Part shown: one piece after another, positions 20,484 through 31,356 of the stretch | Numbering within the stretch: position 1 is the stretch's first letter | How the letters are laid out: each line of letters begins with the position of its first letter | Source: Hyphomonadaceae bacterium | Lineage (GTDB): Bacteria > Pseudomonadota > Alphaproteobacteria > Caulobacterales > Aquidulcibacteraceae | Direction of reading: 5' to 3' | Length of the DNA stretch: 64,000 nt | NCBI GenBank assembly: GCA_046349455.1 | Contig: JAXMCH010000003.1 | Coordinates: 21,140 to 85,139 of the forward strand | Notes under the pieces: generated by a model | Seen by the model: the letters and a program-made list of their open reading frames with translations, nothing else | Databases searched by the model: none | Told to the model about the DNA's origin: nothing | Translations under genes and position numbers: made by a program

Positions 20484-22313
20484 ATGGCCGCACTCAATCC
20501 GACAATCGAAGCTGTCACTGAACGCATCCGCGCACGCAGCGCCAAGCGTCGGCAGCGCTATCTCGATCTGATTGATGCATACGATGCGACAAAGCCCGCG
20601 CGCACGCGGCTGGCTGAAGCAAACCAAGCGCACACGTCGGCCGGTTGCGCCGCGATCGACAAGATTCAGCTGCTTGGCGGCAGGTGGCCGTCGATCGGCA
20701 TCGTGACCGCATACAACGACATGCTCTCGGCGCATCAGCCGTACGAGCGTTTTCCGGAGATCATTCGCCAGGCCGCGCGCGATGTGAACGCGGTGGCGCA
20801 AGTCGCAGGCGGCGTGCCGGCGATGTGCGATGGCGTCACGCAAGGCTTTGAGGGCATGGAGCTCTCGCTCTTCTCGCGCGACACGATCGCACTGGGGACC
20901 GCCATTGCGCTTTCACACGCGACCTTTGACGCGGCGCTTTTGCTGGGCATCTGCGACAAGATCGTGCCTGGTTTGCTGATCGGCGCGCTGCGCTTTCCGT
21001 GGCTTCCAGTGATCCTCGTGCCGGGCGGGCCGATGCCGTCCGGTCTGCCGAACAAAGAGAAAGCGGCGCGGCGCCAACTTTTTGCTGAAGGCAAAATCGG
21101 CCGCGAAGAATTATTGCAGGCGGAGGCGGAGAGCTATCACTCGCCTGGGACGTGCACGTTCTACGGCACCGCCAATTCCAACCAGATGATGATGGAGTTG
21201 ATGGGCCTTCATCTACCGGGCGCAGCGTTCGTGAATCCCAACACGCCGTTGCGCGATGCTCTCACCATCGCTGCTACGCATCGCGCCGCGCAGATCACTG
21301 GGCTCGGCAATGACTATCGCCCGATCGGCCGTGTCGTCGATGAGCGCGCGATCGTGAACGCAATGGTCGGGCTGATGGCGACGGGGGGCTCCACCAATCA
21401 CTTCATCCATCTGCCGGCGATTGCACTGGCCGCCGGTATCGAGATCACGTGGGATGATTTCGCGGAGATCTCGCACGTTACGCCGCTCATGGCGCGCATT
21501 TATCCGAACGGCTCGGCGGACGTGAATCACTTCCACGCCGCCGGCGGCATGGGCTTCTTGACGCGGGAACTCATCGAAGCTGGCTTGGCGCACGATGACA
21601 TCGCGACTGTCAGCGGCAAGTCGCTGCGGGCTTACGCGCAAGAGCCCATCCTCGTTGGAGAGACACTGTCGTGGCGCGACGCGCCGGCGACCAGCGCGGA
21701 TGAATCCGTGTTGCGCGGCGCGCGCGTTCCGTTCGCCGCCGACGGCGGATTGCGGCTCCTTGCCGGTGGGCTGGGGCGCGCGTGCGTGAAGGTATCGGCT
21801 GTGGCGCAGGATAAGCGGGTCGTTGAGGCGCCAGCCCTGGTGTTTGACAGCCAAGCTGAGGTGCAAGCGGCGTTCAAGCGCGGCGAATTGGATCGCGATT
21901 GCGTTGTGGTCGTGCGCGGGCAGGGGCCGCGTGCGAACGGTATGCCGGAATTGCACAAATTGATGCCGTTGCTGGGCGCGTTACAGGATCGCGGTTTCAA
22001 AGTTGCGCTGGCAACGGACGGGCGCATGTCCGGCGCCAGCGGCAAGGTCTTGGCAGCGATTCACATCACGCCCGAAGCGGCGGAAGGCGGACCGCTGGCG
22101 AAGGTGCGTAATGGCGACCTGCTGCGCGTCGATGGCGAGAATGGGGTGTTAGACGTCATCTCGCCGGCGGACTGGCGAGAGCGTGCGCCGGCGCAGCTTG
22201 ATCTTGCCGCTAATGCTCGGGGTATGGGGCGCGAACTGTTTGGCCTGTTCCGCGCCAACGCGTGTTCTGCCGAACGCGGCGGCAGCGCGTTTCCCGATTA
22301 CGATCCGATCTAA
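20484..22313 (+). CDS. edd: phosphogluconate dehydratase
   Basis: [52 protein letters not shown]; start at ATG 20484. Confidence 0.96.
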   Translation: MAALNPTIEAVTERIRARSAKRRQRYLDLIDAYDATKPARTRLAEANQAHTSAGCAAIDKIQLLGGRWPSIGIVTAYNDMLSAHQPYERFPEIIRQAARDVNAVAQVAGGVPAMCDGVTQGFEGMELSLFSRDTIALGTAIALSHATFDAALLLGICDKIVPGLLIGALRFPWLPVILVPGGPMPSGLPNKEKAARRQLFAEGKIGREELLQAEAESYHSPGTCTFYGTANSNQMMMELMGLHLPGAAFVNPNTPLRDALTIAATHRAAQITGLGNDYRPIGRVVDERAIVNAMVGLMATGGSTNHFIHLPAIALAAGIEITWDDFAEISHVTPLMARIYPNGSADVNHFHAAGGMGFLTRELIEAGLAHDDIATVSGKSLRAYAQEPILVGETLSWRDAPATSADESVLRGARVPFAADGGLRLLAGGLGRACVKVSAVAQDKRVVEAPALVFDSQAEVQAAFKRGELDRDCVVVVRGQGPRANGMPELHKLMPLLGALQDRGFKVALATDGRMSGASGKVLAAIHITPEAAEGGPLAKVRNGDLLRVDGENGVLDVISPADWRERAPAQLDLAANARGMGRELFGLFRANACSAERGGSAFPDYDPI

Positions 22314-22315
22314 GC

Positions 22316-23869
22316 TCAGTCGCCGCTCGGCGCGTTGAGACGTTCCATGAAGGCCTCGTCGCGCGGCGCTGGCGCGAAGCCTTCGCCTACTGAAATCTCC
22401 ATCTCGCGGTTTCGGCCACCGCCAAGCGGTACGGTCAAATGTTCAACCGTGCGGAATACAGAAAAATCGCCGGAGACAAACGGCAAGTAGTCTCGCCGCA
22501 AATGCACGACTAGGACGCGCGCGCCTTCTTCAGGACGCATCGGATCACTGGCCTCGGCCGAATTGTGCGCTTCGCCCCGCAGCAGCCACATGCGCAGAGG
22601 CGGCAGCGGGGCGCCAGCGCGCCTCGCGTCGCGCCAGTAGTAGTTGAGCTCATAATAGGTGGCGCGATCGTCCACGAGCACAGCTGAGAACGGCGGATCG
22701 CCGGGCTGCACTGCGGCCCGCAACGCAATTTCGTGCGCCGTCTCATCCCATCCGCGCGTGCCAGCGATGTTCTTAGCGCGATTGGAGATTGCTGGATACG
22801 CCACAACCAGCACTCCCACGATGCCAGCAATAAGCGCGTTCACCACCGCTGAGCCGACCAGCCAACGCCGGCCCGCGACTGAGGGGAACAAGCTTCCGGT
22901 CACCCAAACGACGATCGCGGGGAAGGCGACAGCCGCCCAATTGGCATTGGCGCGCGAGACGAACGCAATCAGCGCCACGCACGCGAGTGGCGGTGCGATG
23001 TACGAGATGAGGAACTTATCCTCGAACGAAAGCCCCGATGCGCGTCGCATGGCCCGCCAAAGCGCCCAGATCAAGGCAGCAAATACGATGGGACCGATGA
23101 CGCCAGCCTGGCTGGTGATGAACTCAAACAACTCATCGATATTGAAAAGGTCGTTGATGTCCAGACGCGCGTTTGATGCTGTATGACGCGCTGTGGCGAA
23201 GCCATGCTGCACGTTCCACCAGATGTTCGGTGAGACAACGACGATGCCGATTGCGCCTGCCGCCCAGCCGCGTCCGTTCGCCAGCGCTTGCCGCACCGGC
23301 GGCAACTTCCACGCAGCGATGGCCGTACATAGAATGAAGTAGAGCATAGCGTACTTCGCCAGCACGCCGACGCCGAAGAAGAAGCCGAGCGCGATGGCCC
23401 AGGCCCAGCTCCGCGTCTCGAGCAGCCGCCACATGGCGTAAAGCGAGAGCGCCCACATCGGCAGCAAGAGCGCATCCGTGGAGATCAGGCTCGACGATAG
23501 TGACACGCCCGGCAGCAGCAGCCACCCAAGCGCCGCCCAAAACCCAGGCCAAGCGCCAAACGTGCGCCGTCCGAGCCCGTAGATGGCTGTCGCCGCGATG
23601 GCGTGCGCGAGCGGCGCGCCCAGCCGCACGGCCCATTCAACGTCCGTGCCGACGAGTGTTGTGGTCGCGCCGATCACCCACGCGATCATCGGCGGCTTTG
23701 TGAAATAGCCCCAATCGAATGTGCGCGACCATGCCCAGTATTGCGCCTCATCATAGTAGAGGCCGAGCGGGCTGTAGATGAGCGCAGCGATCCGAGCGCC
23801 GGTCATCAACGCCAAGACGGCGATGAAGGCGAGCGTCGCGCTGTCCAAAGCGGCTCGGTTGGCTGTCAT
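22316..23869 (-). CDS. ArnT-like glycosyltransferase family 39/83
   Basis: DEAQYW.WS...WGYF.KPP, LAKY and multiple TM segments. Confidence 0.85.
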   Translation of the reverse strand: MTANRAALDSATLAFIAVLALMTGARIAALIYSPLGLYYDEAQYWAWSRTFDWGYFTKPPMIAWVIGATTTLVGTDVEWAVRLGAPLAHAIAATAIYGLGRRTFGAWPGFWAALGWLLLPGVSLSSSLISTDALLLPMWALSLYAMWRLLETRSWAWAIALGFFFGVGVLAKYAMLYFILCTAIAAWKLPPVRQALANGRGWAAGAIGIVVVSPNIWWNVQHGFATARHTASNARLDINDLFNIDELFEFITSQAGVIGPIVFAALIWALWRAMRRASGLSFEDKFLISYIAPPLACVALIAFVSRANANWAAVAFPAIVVWVTGSLFPSVAGRRWLVGSAVVNALIAGIVGVLVVAYPAISNRAKNIAGTRGWDETAHEIALRAAVQPGDPPFSAVLVDDRATYYELNYYWRDARRAGAPLPPLRMWLLRGEAHNSAEASDPMRPEEGARVLVVHLRRDYLPFVSGDFSVFRTVEHLTVPLGGGRNREMEISVGEGFAPAPRDEAFMERLNAPSGD

Positions 23870-23997
23870 CGGCGTCCTGAAATTGTCCCCGGTCGGGTCT
23901 TAGCCGAAGCATGGCCGGGGCGCCAGAATGAGCGCTCACTTGCAGTGGGGGCAATCATGCCTATCTGGCGTCGTTCGCATGCGCTAAGGACCGCTCC

Positions 23998-24984
23998 ATG
24001 ACGACGATTCCTGCCGAATGGAAGCCGCACAAGGCGATCTGGACTGCGTGGCCTTCAGCGGCCGATCTCTGGGGCGAGGATCTCGACCCGGCCCGTGCTG
24101 AGGTCTCGGCGATGGTTCGCGCGCTTTGGGACGGCGGCAAGGGCGACACAATGCGCGTGCTCGCGCACGGTCGCGAGGCGGAGGCCAGCGCGAAGCTTGC
24201 ATTGGGCAAAGCGGCGGAGGTCATCCCGGGCGCGTTCGGCGACATCTGGTTTCGAGATACCGGTCCGATCTTCGACGCGGCCGGGATCGCCCACGGCTTC
24301 AAGTTCAACGGTTGGGGCGGCAAGTATCAGCTGCCGCATGACGATGAAGTCGGCGCCCGCATCGCGCTGCTGGCAAAGGCGGATTATCGTCGCCACGATT
24401 TCATCCTCGAAGGCGGCGCCATTGAGATGGATGGCGAAGGTACGTTGCTGACGACGCGCCAATGTCTGTTGAACCCAAACCGCAATGCGCACTGGACGGA
24501 AGAGGGCGCCGAAGTAGCCCTGAAGCGTGCGCTAGGCGTCGAGAAAATTCTCTGGCTCGATGAGGGCCTGCTCAACGACCACACCGACGGCCACATCGAC
24601 AACCTCGCGCGTTTCGTAGCGCCCGGTAAGGTCGTGTGCCAATCGCCGGCGAACCGCGACGATCCGAATCACGACGTGCTCGAAGAGATCGCGCTCTCTC
24701 TTGGCGCCATGCGCGATGCGAAAGGGCGCAAACTAGAGGTGATCCGCATTCCGTCCGTCGGCCTCGTCGAAGACGAAGATGGCGATCCCGTGCCCGCGAG
24801 CCACATGAACTTTTTGATCGGCAATTCGACAGTCGTGGTGCCGATCTATTCTGGCAGCGGCGATGATGCCGTGAACGCGCTAGCGTCGTTATTTCCCGAT
24901 CGCCGCGTTCTCGGGCTGTCGTCAAATGCGATCCTGACCGGCGGCGGCTCGTTCCACTGCATCACTCAGCAGGAGCCTGCATGA
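23998..24984 (+). CDS. aguA: agmatine deiminase
   Basis: PAEW, DIWFRDTGP, FNGWGGKY, EGGA, DHTDGHID, GGGSFHCITQQ. Confidence 0.93.
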   Translation: MTTIPAEWKPHKAIWTAWPSAADLWGEDLDPARAEVSAMVRALWDGGKGDTMRVLAHGREAEASAKLALGKAAEVIPGAFGDIWFRDTGPIFDAAGIAHGFKFNGWGGKYQLPHDDEVGARIALLAKADYRRHDFILEGGAIEMDGEGTLLTTRQCLLNPNRNAHWTEEGAEVALKRALGVEKILWLDEGLLNDHTDGHIDNLARFVAPGKVVCQSPANRDDPNHDVLEEIALSLGAMRDAKGRKLEVIRIPSVGLVEDEDGDPVPASHMNFLIGNSTVVVPIYSGSGDDAVNALASLFPDRRVLGLSSNAILTGGGSFHCITQQEPA

Positions 24985-25820
24985 TGGCGAAGACGATTAA
25001 AGTTGCCGCGATCCAGACTTCGTACGGCGAAGATATGCAGGCCAACATCGCGAAGACCGAATGCTTCGTTCGAGAAGCGGCGGGCAAGGGCGCGCAAGTT
25101 ATTCTCCCGTCTGAACTGTTTCAGGGACCGTATTTCTGCACGACGCAGGAAGAGAAGTGGTTCGGCACGGCATATGAAGCGAAGACGCACCCGTGCGTTG
25201 TCGCGATGGCGCCGCTAGCAAAAGAGCTTGGAGTTGTGATCCCGGTCTCGATCTACGAGCGCGATGGTCCGCAATATTACAACTCGGTCGTCATCGTGGA
25301 TGCCGATGGCAAACAGCTTGGCGTCTATCGCAAGAGCCACATTCCCGACGGCCCTGGCTATCAGGAGAAGTACTACTTCCGGCCCGGTGATACCGGCTTC
25401 AAAGTTTGGGACACCGCGTTCGGCCGTATCGGCGTTGGCATTTGCTGGGACCAATGGTTCCCCGAAGCCGCGCGTGCGATGGCGATCCAAGGCGCACAAG
25501 TGCTCTTCTACCCGACAGCGATAGGCAGCGAGCCGCACGACAGCTCACTCGATACGCGCGATCCCTGGCGGCGTGCGATGCAAGGCCACGCCGTTTCCAA
25601 CGTTATCCCTGTCGTCGCGAGCAATCGCATTGGCACGGAAGCCAGCGGGCAGAAATTCTACGGCTCGAGCTTCATTGCCGATCATCGCGGCGATCTGGTC
25701 GAAAGCCTGGAGCGCACCGAGGAGGGGGTGCTGGCGTACGAGTTTGATCTCGATTTCCTCGATCGTCACCGCGCCGCGTGGGGCTTCTTCCGCGATCGGC
25801 GCATGGAGTTTTATCGTTAA
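24981..25820 (+). CDS. aguB: N-carbamoylputrescine amidase
   Basis: ELF..PYFC, YRKSHIPDGPGYQEK, ICWDQWFPE, YPTAIGSEP. Confidence 0.95.
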   Translation: MMAKTIKVAAIQTSYGEDMQANIAKTECFVREAAGKGAQVILPSELFQGPYFCTTQEEKWFGTAYEAKTHPCVVAMAPLAKELGVVIPVSIYERDGPQYYNSVVIVDADGKQLGVYRKSHIPDGPGYQEKYYFRPGDTGFKVWDTAFGRIGVGICWDQWFPEAARAMAIQGAQVLFYPTAIGSEPHDSSLDTRDPWRRAMQGHAVSNVIPVVASNRIGTEASGQKFYGSSFIADHRGDLVESLERTEEGVLAYEFDLDFLDRHRAAWGFFRDRRMEFYR

Positions 25821-25911
25821 GCGCCATTAGCCACGGTTTTAGCAGTGAGTTTTGGTCTTAATTATCCAAGTTCGCACGAGAATGATCCCAATGATTGGGT
25901 GAGGGATCGAC

Positions 25912-28119
25912 ATGGACTTGCGGCAAAGAGGACGGCTCGTGCGCGCCGGATTTTCTTGGCCCATCGCCGCAATCGCGATCGCGCTCGCCGCGATGATGCT
26001 GTTTGTTTCCAGCCGCTTTGCTGCGAGTGTCGATGAGCAGTCTCTTTCGCGAGAGCAGGAAGTCGTCACCAACGGTCTGGCTGAGTTTCAATCCGAGATC
26101 GGACATCGCGTCGTACCGCAAGCGGTTTGGGACGAAGCGGTCATCAATCTTGACAACCGTTTTAGTCCAGAATGGGCCGAGGAAAACATTGGCCTGTTCC
26201 TTAACCAGACGGCGGGCTTCGAAGAGACTTTCGTTTTGGATACCGACAACCGCGTCGTCTTCGCCAGCGATGCGGGCACAACCGTGGCTCGCGCCGTGTA
26301 CGACCGCTACGCCGATGCCGTGGAACCGATTGTGGCGCGCTTGCGCCAAGCGGAGACCACGCGCGGGCATGCCGCGACGGACATCCGCAGCGATCGCATC
26401 TTGCCGCCCCTACAGGCCTCATCCGTCGCGTGGGTAGGCGACAACATCCAGATCCTGACTGGCACGATCGTTCAGTCAGACTTTGGTCGCGCCACGATCC
26501 GACATCCTCGCGCGCCGATTGTGATTGCGGCGATGACGATTGATGAGAATGTCATTCAGAGTTTCGCAAGTCGCTTTATGCTCGCCGACGTGCATGTGCA
26601 TCCAGGTGATGCATCGTTTGAGCCGGACCAGGCTCACGCGCGCATTCTCGACATCGAGGGCCGCGATGTGGCGACCCTGGATTGGTTGCCACAGACTCCT
26701 GGCGCAGTGATTGCGCACCATGCGCGCGTTCCGGTTTTGCTCGCCGTGGCCGCCTTGCTCGGAGCACTGTTCTTCTTCTATCGCCGCACGCAAACCATGG
26801 CGCAGAGCCTCATTGCCAGCCAGACCCATGCGACACACTTGGCCCACTATGACGGCCTGACGGGTCTGCCAAATCGCGTGAAGTGCATCGAGCGTCTCAC
26901 AGAAGCGCTTGCGTGCGCGCGCGAGGGCGCCGGTGGCAGCGTTGCGATTCTCCATATCGACCTTGATCGATTTAAGGAGATCAACGACACGCTGGGTCAT
27001 CAAGCAGGCGACGAACTCATTCGCGTCGCCGCGTCGCGCCTGACGGAAGCGGTCGGAACCGAAGCGATGCTTGCGCGCATGAGCGGCGACGAATTCGTGG
27101 CGGTGCTGACTGATGTGAGCGAACAGCGCGCGGCCATGGCCGCGGACCGTTGCGCAATGGTTATGGCCGCGCCGATAGACGTCGGCGGCGCACGCATGGC
27201 AGTCGGCTGTACGGTTGGCGTAGTGCTGTCTGACGACGCCGATGCCGATCCCCTGGAATTGTTGCGGCGTGCGGACCTCGCACTTAATGCGGCTAAACGC
27301 GAAGGACGCGGGCGTCATCGCATGTTTACACCTGACCTTGATCAGGTTCTCCGCACGCGTCGGCAAATCGAAGGTGAGCTTCGCGCCGCGTTGGCGGACG
27401 ACATGCTTGAGGTGTTCTACCAACCGCAGGTCAGCCGCGAGGGGGGCTTGGCAGGCGTCGAGGCTCTGCTCCGGTGGCGACATTCGACCCGCGGCTGGGT
27501 TTCGCCGGCCATTTTCATTCCGGTGGCAGAGGAATGCGGCCTGATTCACGAGCTGGGCGCGTTTGTGCTCCGCCGCGCGTTTCGCGACGCGCGCCGCTGG
27601 AAGGGGCTCAAAGTGGCGGTCAACGTCTCTGCGTCGCAGCTTCGTCGACCGAGCTTCGCGCGTGAGATTGAAGCGATGTGCGCCGAGATGCGCGTCAAGC
27701 CGTCCCAGTTTGAGCTGGAAATCACCGAAGGCGTTTTCGTTGGCGAGGACGATGTGATCGAAGCCAATCTCGCACGTCTTCGGCAGCTCGGTTTCGCCCT
27801 TGCGCTGGATGATTTCGGCACCGGCTATTCGACGCTGAGCTACCTGAAGCGCCTGCCGATTTCGAAGATCAAGATCGACCGGTCCTTCATAACCAATCTC
27901 GGCCTCGATCGTGACGCGGACGCAGTGGTGGCCGCGATCGTTCGGCTGGCGCGTGCGCTGGGGCTTTCGGTCATTGCCGAGGGCGTTGAAACCGAGGCGC
28001 AACGCGAACGCCTGCTGCAGATCGGTTGCAATGACGCGCAGGGCTTTCTGTTCGGCACAGCCGTGACCGCCGAGGCCATAAACACGATGGTGCATCCGCC
28101 CGCGGCAAACGCCGCATAA
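25912..28119 (+). CDS. CHASE4-GGDEF-EAL c-di-GMP signalling protein
   Basis: Two TM segments flank a periplasmic AVWDEA region; DLDRFKEINDTLGH, SGDEF, EALLRW, DDFGTGYS. Confidence 0.9.
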   Translation: MDLRQRGRLVRAGFSWPIAAIAIALAAMMLFVSSRFAASVDEQSLSREQEVVTNGLAEFQSEIGHRVVPQAVWDEAVINLDNRFSPEWAEENIGLFLNQTAGFEETFVLDTDNRVVFASDAGTTVARAVYDRYADAVEPIVARLRQAETTRGHAATDIRSDRILPPLQASSVAWVGDNIQILTGTIVQSDFGRATIRHPRAPIVIAAMTIDENVIQSFASRFMLADVHVHPGDASFEPDQAHARILDIEGRDVATLDWLPQTPGAVIAHHARVPVLLAVAALLGALFFFYRRTQTMAQSLIASQTHATHLAHYDGLTGLPNRVKCIERLTEALACAREGAGGSVAILHIDLDRFKEINDTLGHQAGDELIRVAASRLTEAVGTEAMLARMSGDEFVAVLTDVSEQRAAMAADRCAMVMAAPIDVGGARMAVGCTVGVVLSDDADADPLELLRRADLALNAAKREGRGRHRMFTPDLDQVLRTRRQIEGELRAALADDMLEVFYQPQVSREGGLAGVEALLRWRHSTRGWVSPAIFIPVAEECGLIHELGAFVLRRAFRDARRWKGLKVAVNVSASQLRRPSFAREIEAMCAEMRVKPSQFELEITEGVFVGEDDVIEANLARLRQLGFALALDDFGTGYSTLSYLKRLPISKIKIDRSFITNLGLDRDADAVVAAIVRLARALGLSVIAEGVETEAQRERLLQIGCNDAQGFLFGTAVTAEAINTMVHPPAANAA

Positions 28120-28188
28120 GGCGCTGGACACATCGGGTCCGCGAAGGCAGAGCGATGTTGCGCGACGCTGCTCGCGTGGAGACCCAAG

Positions 28189-28842
28189 ATGACGCCGCCG
28201 CTTCGCATCGATTTCGTTTCTGACGTTGCGTGCCCTTGGTGCGTGGTGGGGTTGCGTTCGTTGCTGAAGGCGCTCGATGAAACCGGCGCGATGGCGGAAA
28301 TTCACCTCCAGCCGTTCGAGCTCAATCCCGACATGCCGCCGGAAGGTGAGAACACGGCTGAACACGTAGCGAAGAAGTATGGTTCGACGCCTGAGCGTTC
28401 GAACGCCGCGCGCGAAGTGATCAAGTCTCACGGCGCGGCCTTAGGCTTCACATTCAACTACGGACCGGAGAGCCGCATCTGGAACACGTTCGACGCGCAC
28501 CGGCTGCTGCATTGGGCCGAGCTTGAAGGTCAAGGTCTTGCGCTGAAGGAGTCGCTATTCAAGCTCAACTTCACGGACCAGCGCTCAACCAGCGATCACG
28601 CCGCGCTGATTGATGCCGTGCGCGACGCAGGACTGGATGTTGTACGCGCGGGGGCGATCCTTGCGACGGACGAGTTTGCTGCAGAGGTACGCCAAGCGGA
28701 AGATTTCTGGCGCAGCAACGGCATCAACGCCGTGCCGTCTGCGATTTTCAACCAGCGCTGGCTCATCCAAGGTGGCCAACCGCCAGAAGTCTTTGCGCAA
28801 GTAATCCGCGACGTGATCAGCGGGAAAGCGAAAGAAGCCTGA
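28189..28842 (+). CDS. DsbA family (FrnE-like) oxidoreductase
   Basis: SDVACPWC, PFELNP, NTFDAHRL, GINAVP. Confidence 0.9.
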   Translation: MTPPLRIDFVSDVACPWCVVGLRSLLKALDETGAMAEIHLQPFELNPDMPPEGENTAEHVAKKYGSTPERSNAAREVIKSHGAALGFTFNYGPESRIWNTFDAHRLLHWAELEGQGLALKESLFKLNFTDQRSTSDHAALIDAVRDAGLDVVRAGAILATDEFAAEVRQAEDFWRSNGINAVPSAIFNQRWLIQGGQPPEVFAQVIRDVISGKAKEA

Positions 28843-29614
28843 GCGCTTCATCTCGCACGCGCGCGTCGCCATAAGCCAGCACGCTACCGCCGAGCGCAGC
28901 GTCGCCGCCGGTCCAGCTGCACACGCCCCCACCAGCGCCGGTGACGATCGGAATCAACGCGCAGATGTCGAACGGCTTTAGGTTGTTCTCGATCACCGCG
29001 TCGATGTGTCCGGCCGCGATCATCGAGTAAGCGTAGCAATCATAGCCGTAGCGCGCGAGCTTCGCCGACTTGCGCGCGCGCGTAAACGCGGCGATCTCGT
29101 CGTCACCCCGGAAGAGATATGGGTCTGTCGTTGAAATAATCGCGTCGCCAATGGCGTCGCAGGCGCGCGCCTTCAGTGTGCGCGTTGCCCCGCGCGCGGT
29201 GGCGTTCGCGCCATCGTTCCAACCGCGATAGCGTTCGTCGAGATATGGCTGGTCCATCACGCCGACGATGGGTTTGCCCTCGTAATTTAGCGCAATTAGC
29301 ACGCCCCAGGTCGGCAATCCCGCTATGAAGGCGCGCGTGCCATCGATCGGGTCGAGCACCCATTGATAGCCGCTGGCGCCTTGGCTCTCGCCGAACTCTT
29401 CGCCGTAAATCCCGTGATCCGGAAACTCGCGTTCGATCAGCGCCCGCATGGCTTCTTCGGAGGCGCGGTCAGCATCGGTAACGGGATCGAAGCGATCGCC
29501 GCCCTTGTGGCTAACTCCGTGTTCAGCGCGGAAATAGGGAAGGATTGCCGTACGCGCAGCGTCCGCCAGCGTATCGGCGAAGGCGAGGAAGCGGGTGATG
29601 TCGTGCGCGGCCAT
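28817..29614 (-). CDS. hisN: histidinol-phosphatase (inositol monophosphatase family)
   Basis: FDPVT.AD, GEE, WVLDPIDGT.AF..G.PTWG, YGYDCYAY; start at ATG 29614. Confidence 0.85.
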   Translation of the reverse strand: MAAHDITRFLAFADTLADAARTAILPYFRAEHGVSHKGGDRFDPVTDADRASEEAMRALIEREFPDHGIYGEEFGESQGASGYQWVLDPIDGTRAFIAGLPTWGVLIALNYEGKPIVGVMDQPYLDERYRGWNDGANATARGATRTLKARACDAIGDAIISTTDPYLFRGDDEIAAFTRARKSAKLARYGYDCYAYSMIAAGHIDAVIENNLKPFDICALIPIVTGAGGGVCSWTGGDAALGGSVLAYGDARVRDEALRLLSLSR

Positions 29615-29654
29615 GCGTGGACTATAGCGCGCTTCGCGCGGCGAGTTGCACACG

Positions 29655-29682
29655 AAAACGGGCCCGGCAGCGCCGAGCCCGT
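29655..29682 (-). terminator. intrinsic terminator after the XRE gene
   Basis: On the minus strand ACGGGCTCGGC-GCT-GCCGGGCCCGT followed by TTT. Confidence 0.6.
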
Positions 29683-29711
29683 CTCCCCGTTTCCCCAGAT
29701 CGAAGCGGCGA

Positions 29712-30113
29712 TTAAGCCGCGTCGGTGGATTCGTCTTGCAGCGCCTTGGCGAGATCCAAGAGGCGGCGGCGCGGACGTTCACCGAGCTTGTAGTAAGCGC
29801 GGATCAGTTCGAGCGTTTCTTTCTGCGAGAGGACGTCGGCGGCGATCAGATCGCGGTCGTTGGCCGGAGCACCCGGGGTCGCCGGAGCAGCGACTTGTTG
29901 CAGGCCTTCGAAGAAGTAATTGACCGGCACGTTCAGTGCGACCGCGAGTTCATACAAGCGGGAAGCCGTCACGCGGTTGGCGCCGCATTCGTACTTCTGA
30001 ATTTGCTGAAAGCGGATGCCGATGGACTCAGCCAGCTGTTGCTGGGTGAGGCCCAAAAGCCGGCGACGGCGGCGGAGCCGCTTGCCGACATGGAGGTCGA
30101 TGGCATTAGCCAT
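29712..30113 (-). CDS. XRE family regulator resembling Caulobacter StaR
   Basis: MANAIDLHVGKRLRRRRRLLGLTQQQLA..IRFQQIQKYECGANR...KETLELIRAYY.LGERPRRRLLDLAK. Confidence 0.85.
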   Translation of the reverse strand: MANAIDLHVGKRLRRRRRLLGLTQQQLAESIGIRFQQIQKYECGANRVTASRLYELAVALNVPVNYFFEGLQQVAAPATPGAPANDRDLIAADVLSQKETLELIRAYYKLGERPRRRLLDLAKALQDESTDAA

Positions 30114-30381
30114 ATGAGTGCGCCCTTGAGTTCGCGGCGGTTCCCCCATGGGCCCGCCTGTTATGCGCAGCTGTGGAGAGCACGAGCCGTGCCACGCATC
30201 AGGGACGCGAATTGCGTTGTTCTGGGCGCGATTCACCAATGCAACGCGCGCGCCGGGCGAGTTCTGCGCCGTTTCGGCGCCACGCAATTTGGTAAACGCC
30301 GCGCGGCCACGGTTTCGTCATGGGAACGCCCGACACGGCGCATCTTCAGCCGCGAGGATTTCGCGCTCAACGAGGTTGGTC

Positions 30382-30825
30382 ATGAAGCTACGCGCGCTTT
30401 TGCTTGTGTCTCTGTTCGCGCTAGGCGCGTGCGCCACCGCGCAGCGAACGCTCAGCTATAATGGCGGTTACCCCGATGCGGATGTGTTTGTCGGTAACCA
30501 GCGCTTCCAGCTCTGGTTTCACCCGCGCGATCAGACGATCCTTATTCAGCGCGGCGACCCGCAGCCGCTCGGCAGCCTCCTCGCGCAGAACGCCACCATT
30601 TACGCTAACGATGCAACGTTGGGTCCGCTCTGGTGGGGCGCGGCGGCGAATGCAGTGCTGACGCAGATCGGTTGCTACGGCGCGCAGGTGAGTGCGGAAG
30701 ATCGTTCGCAAATGCGCGAAGTCACGTACACATGCCCACAGCCCGTGGATGTTGGCCCGCAAGTCGCGCAACACCGCGAAGAATGGCGGCGCGGGGTACA
30801 CGCGCCGCCGCCAGCGCAGCCTTAA
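30382..30825 (+). CDS. hypothetical lipoprotein
   Basis: MKLRALLLVSLFALGAC lipobox, GAGG RBS. Confidence 0.65.
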   Translation: MKLRALLLVSLFALGACATAQRTLSYNGGYPDADVFVGNQRFQLWFHPRDQTILIQRGDPQPLGSLLAQNATIYANDATLGPLWWGAAANAVLTQIGCYGAQVSAEDRSQMREVTYTCPQPVDVGPQVAQHREEWRRGVHAPPPAQP

Positions 30826-30897
30826 CCCAGTGCGGCGTCCGAAATCGGCCAGCGCGCGGGCCGTCGCCGTGCTCTCTTCGTGAGCGAGGAGACGGAT

Positions 30898-31356
30898 ATG
30901 CGCATTCGAGGAATCCCGACCGAACAGTTTGATCGCCTGCGGAGTGGCGGAGACGACGCAAACGGACACGCCGCAGTCGTGATCCCCGCAGAGGGTGGCG
31001 CAAATCCATGCCGCCATTGCTTGGGCTTGATCGTGGATGGAGAACCGAAGCTGGTTCTTTCCTATCGGCCGTTCGACGCGCCGCAGCCTTACGCCGAAAC
31101 CGGGCCCATCTTTCTTCACCAGACCGAATGCGCCCGATACGACAGCAATGCGCTGCCGCAATGGTTCGCCTTCATGGATCATGCTGCCATTCGAGGTTAT
31201 GGCGCGGATGGATGGATACGCTACGAGACCGGACGCATCGTGCGCGGTATTGAGCTCACCAAGGCAGCGTCTGAGATATTGGAGAACGAGAACGTCGCGT
31301 TCGTCCATATCCGATCGAAGTTCGGCTGCTTCCAGTGCCGCGTTGACCGGACTTAA
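30898..31356 (+). CDS. DUF1203 family protein
   Basis: PCRHCL, LSYRPF...PYAETGPIFLH, HIRS..GCFQC. Confidence 0.8.
   Translation: MRIRGIPTEQFDRLRSGGDDANGHAAVVIPAEGGANPCRHCLGLIVDGEPKLVLSYRPFDAPQPYAETGPIFLHQTECARYDSNALPQWFAFMDHAAIRGYGADGWIRYETGRIVRGIELTKAASEILENENVAFVHIRSKFGCFQCRVDRT

Noticed and set aside
26476-28431. 651-aa minus-strand ORF (also 2744-4291, 37431-39053 and similar)
   Set aside because: Antisense or alternate-frame shadows of well-supported genes in GC-rich DNA, with no motifs.
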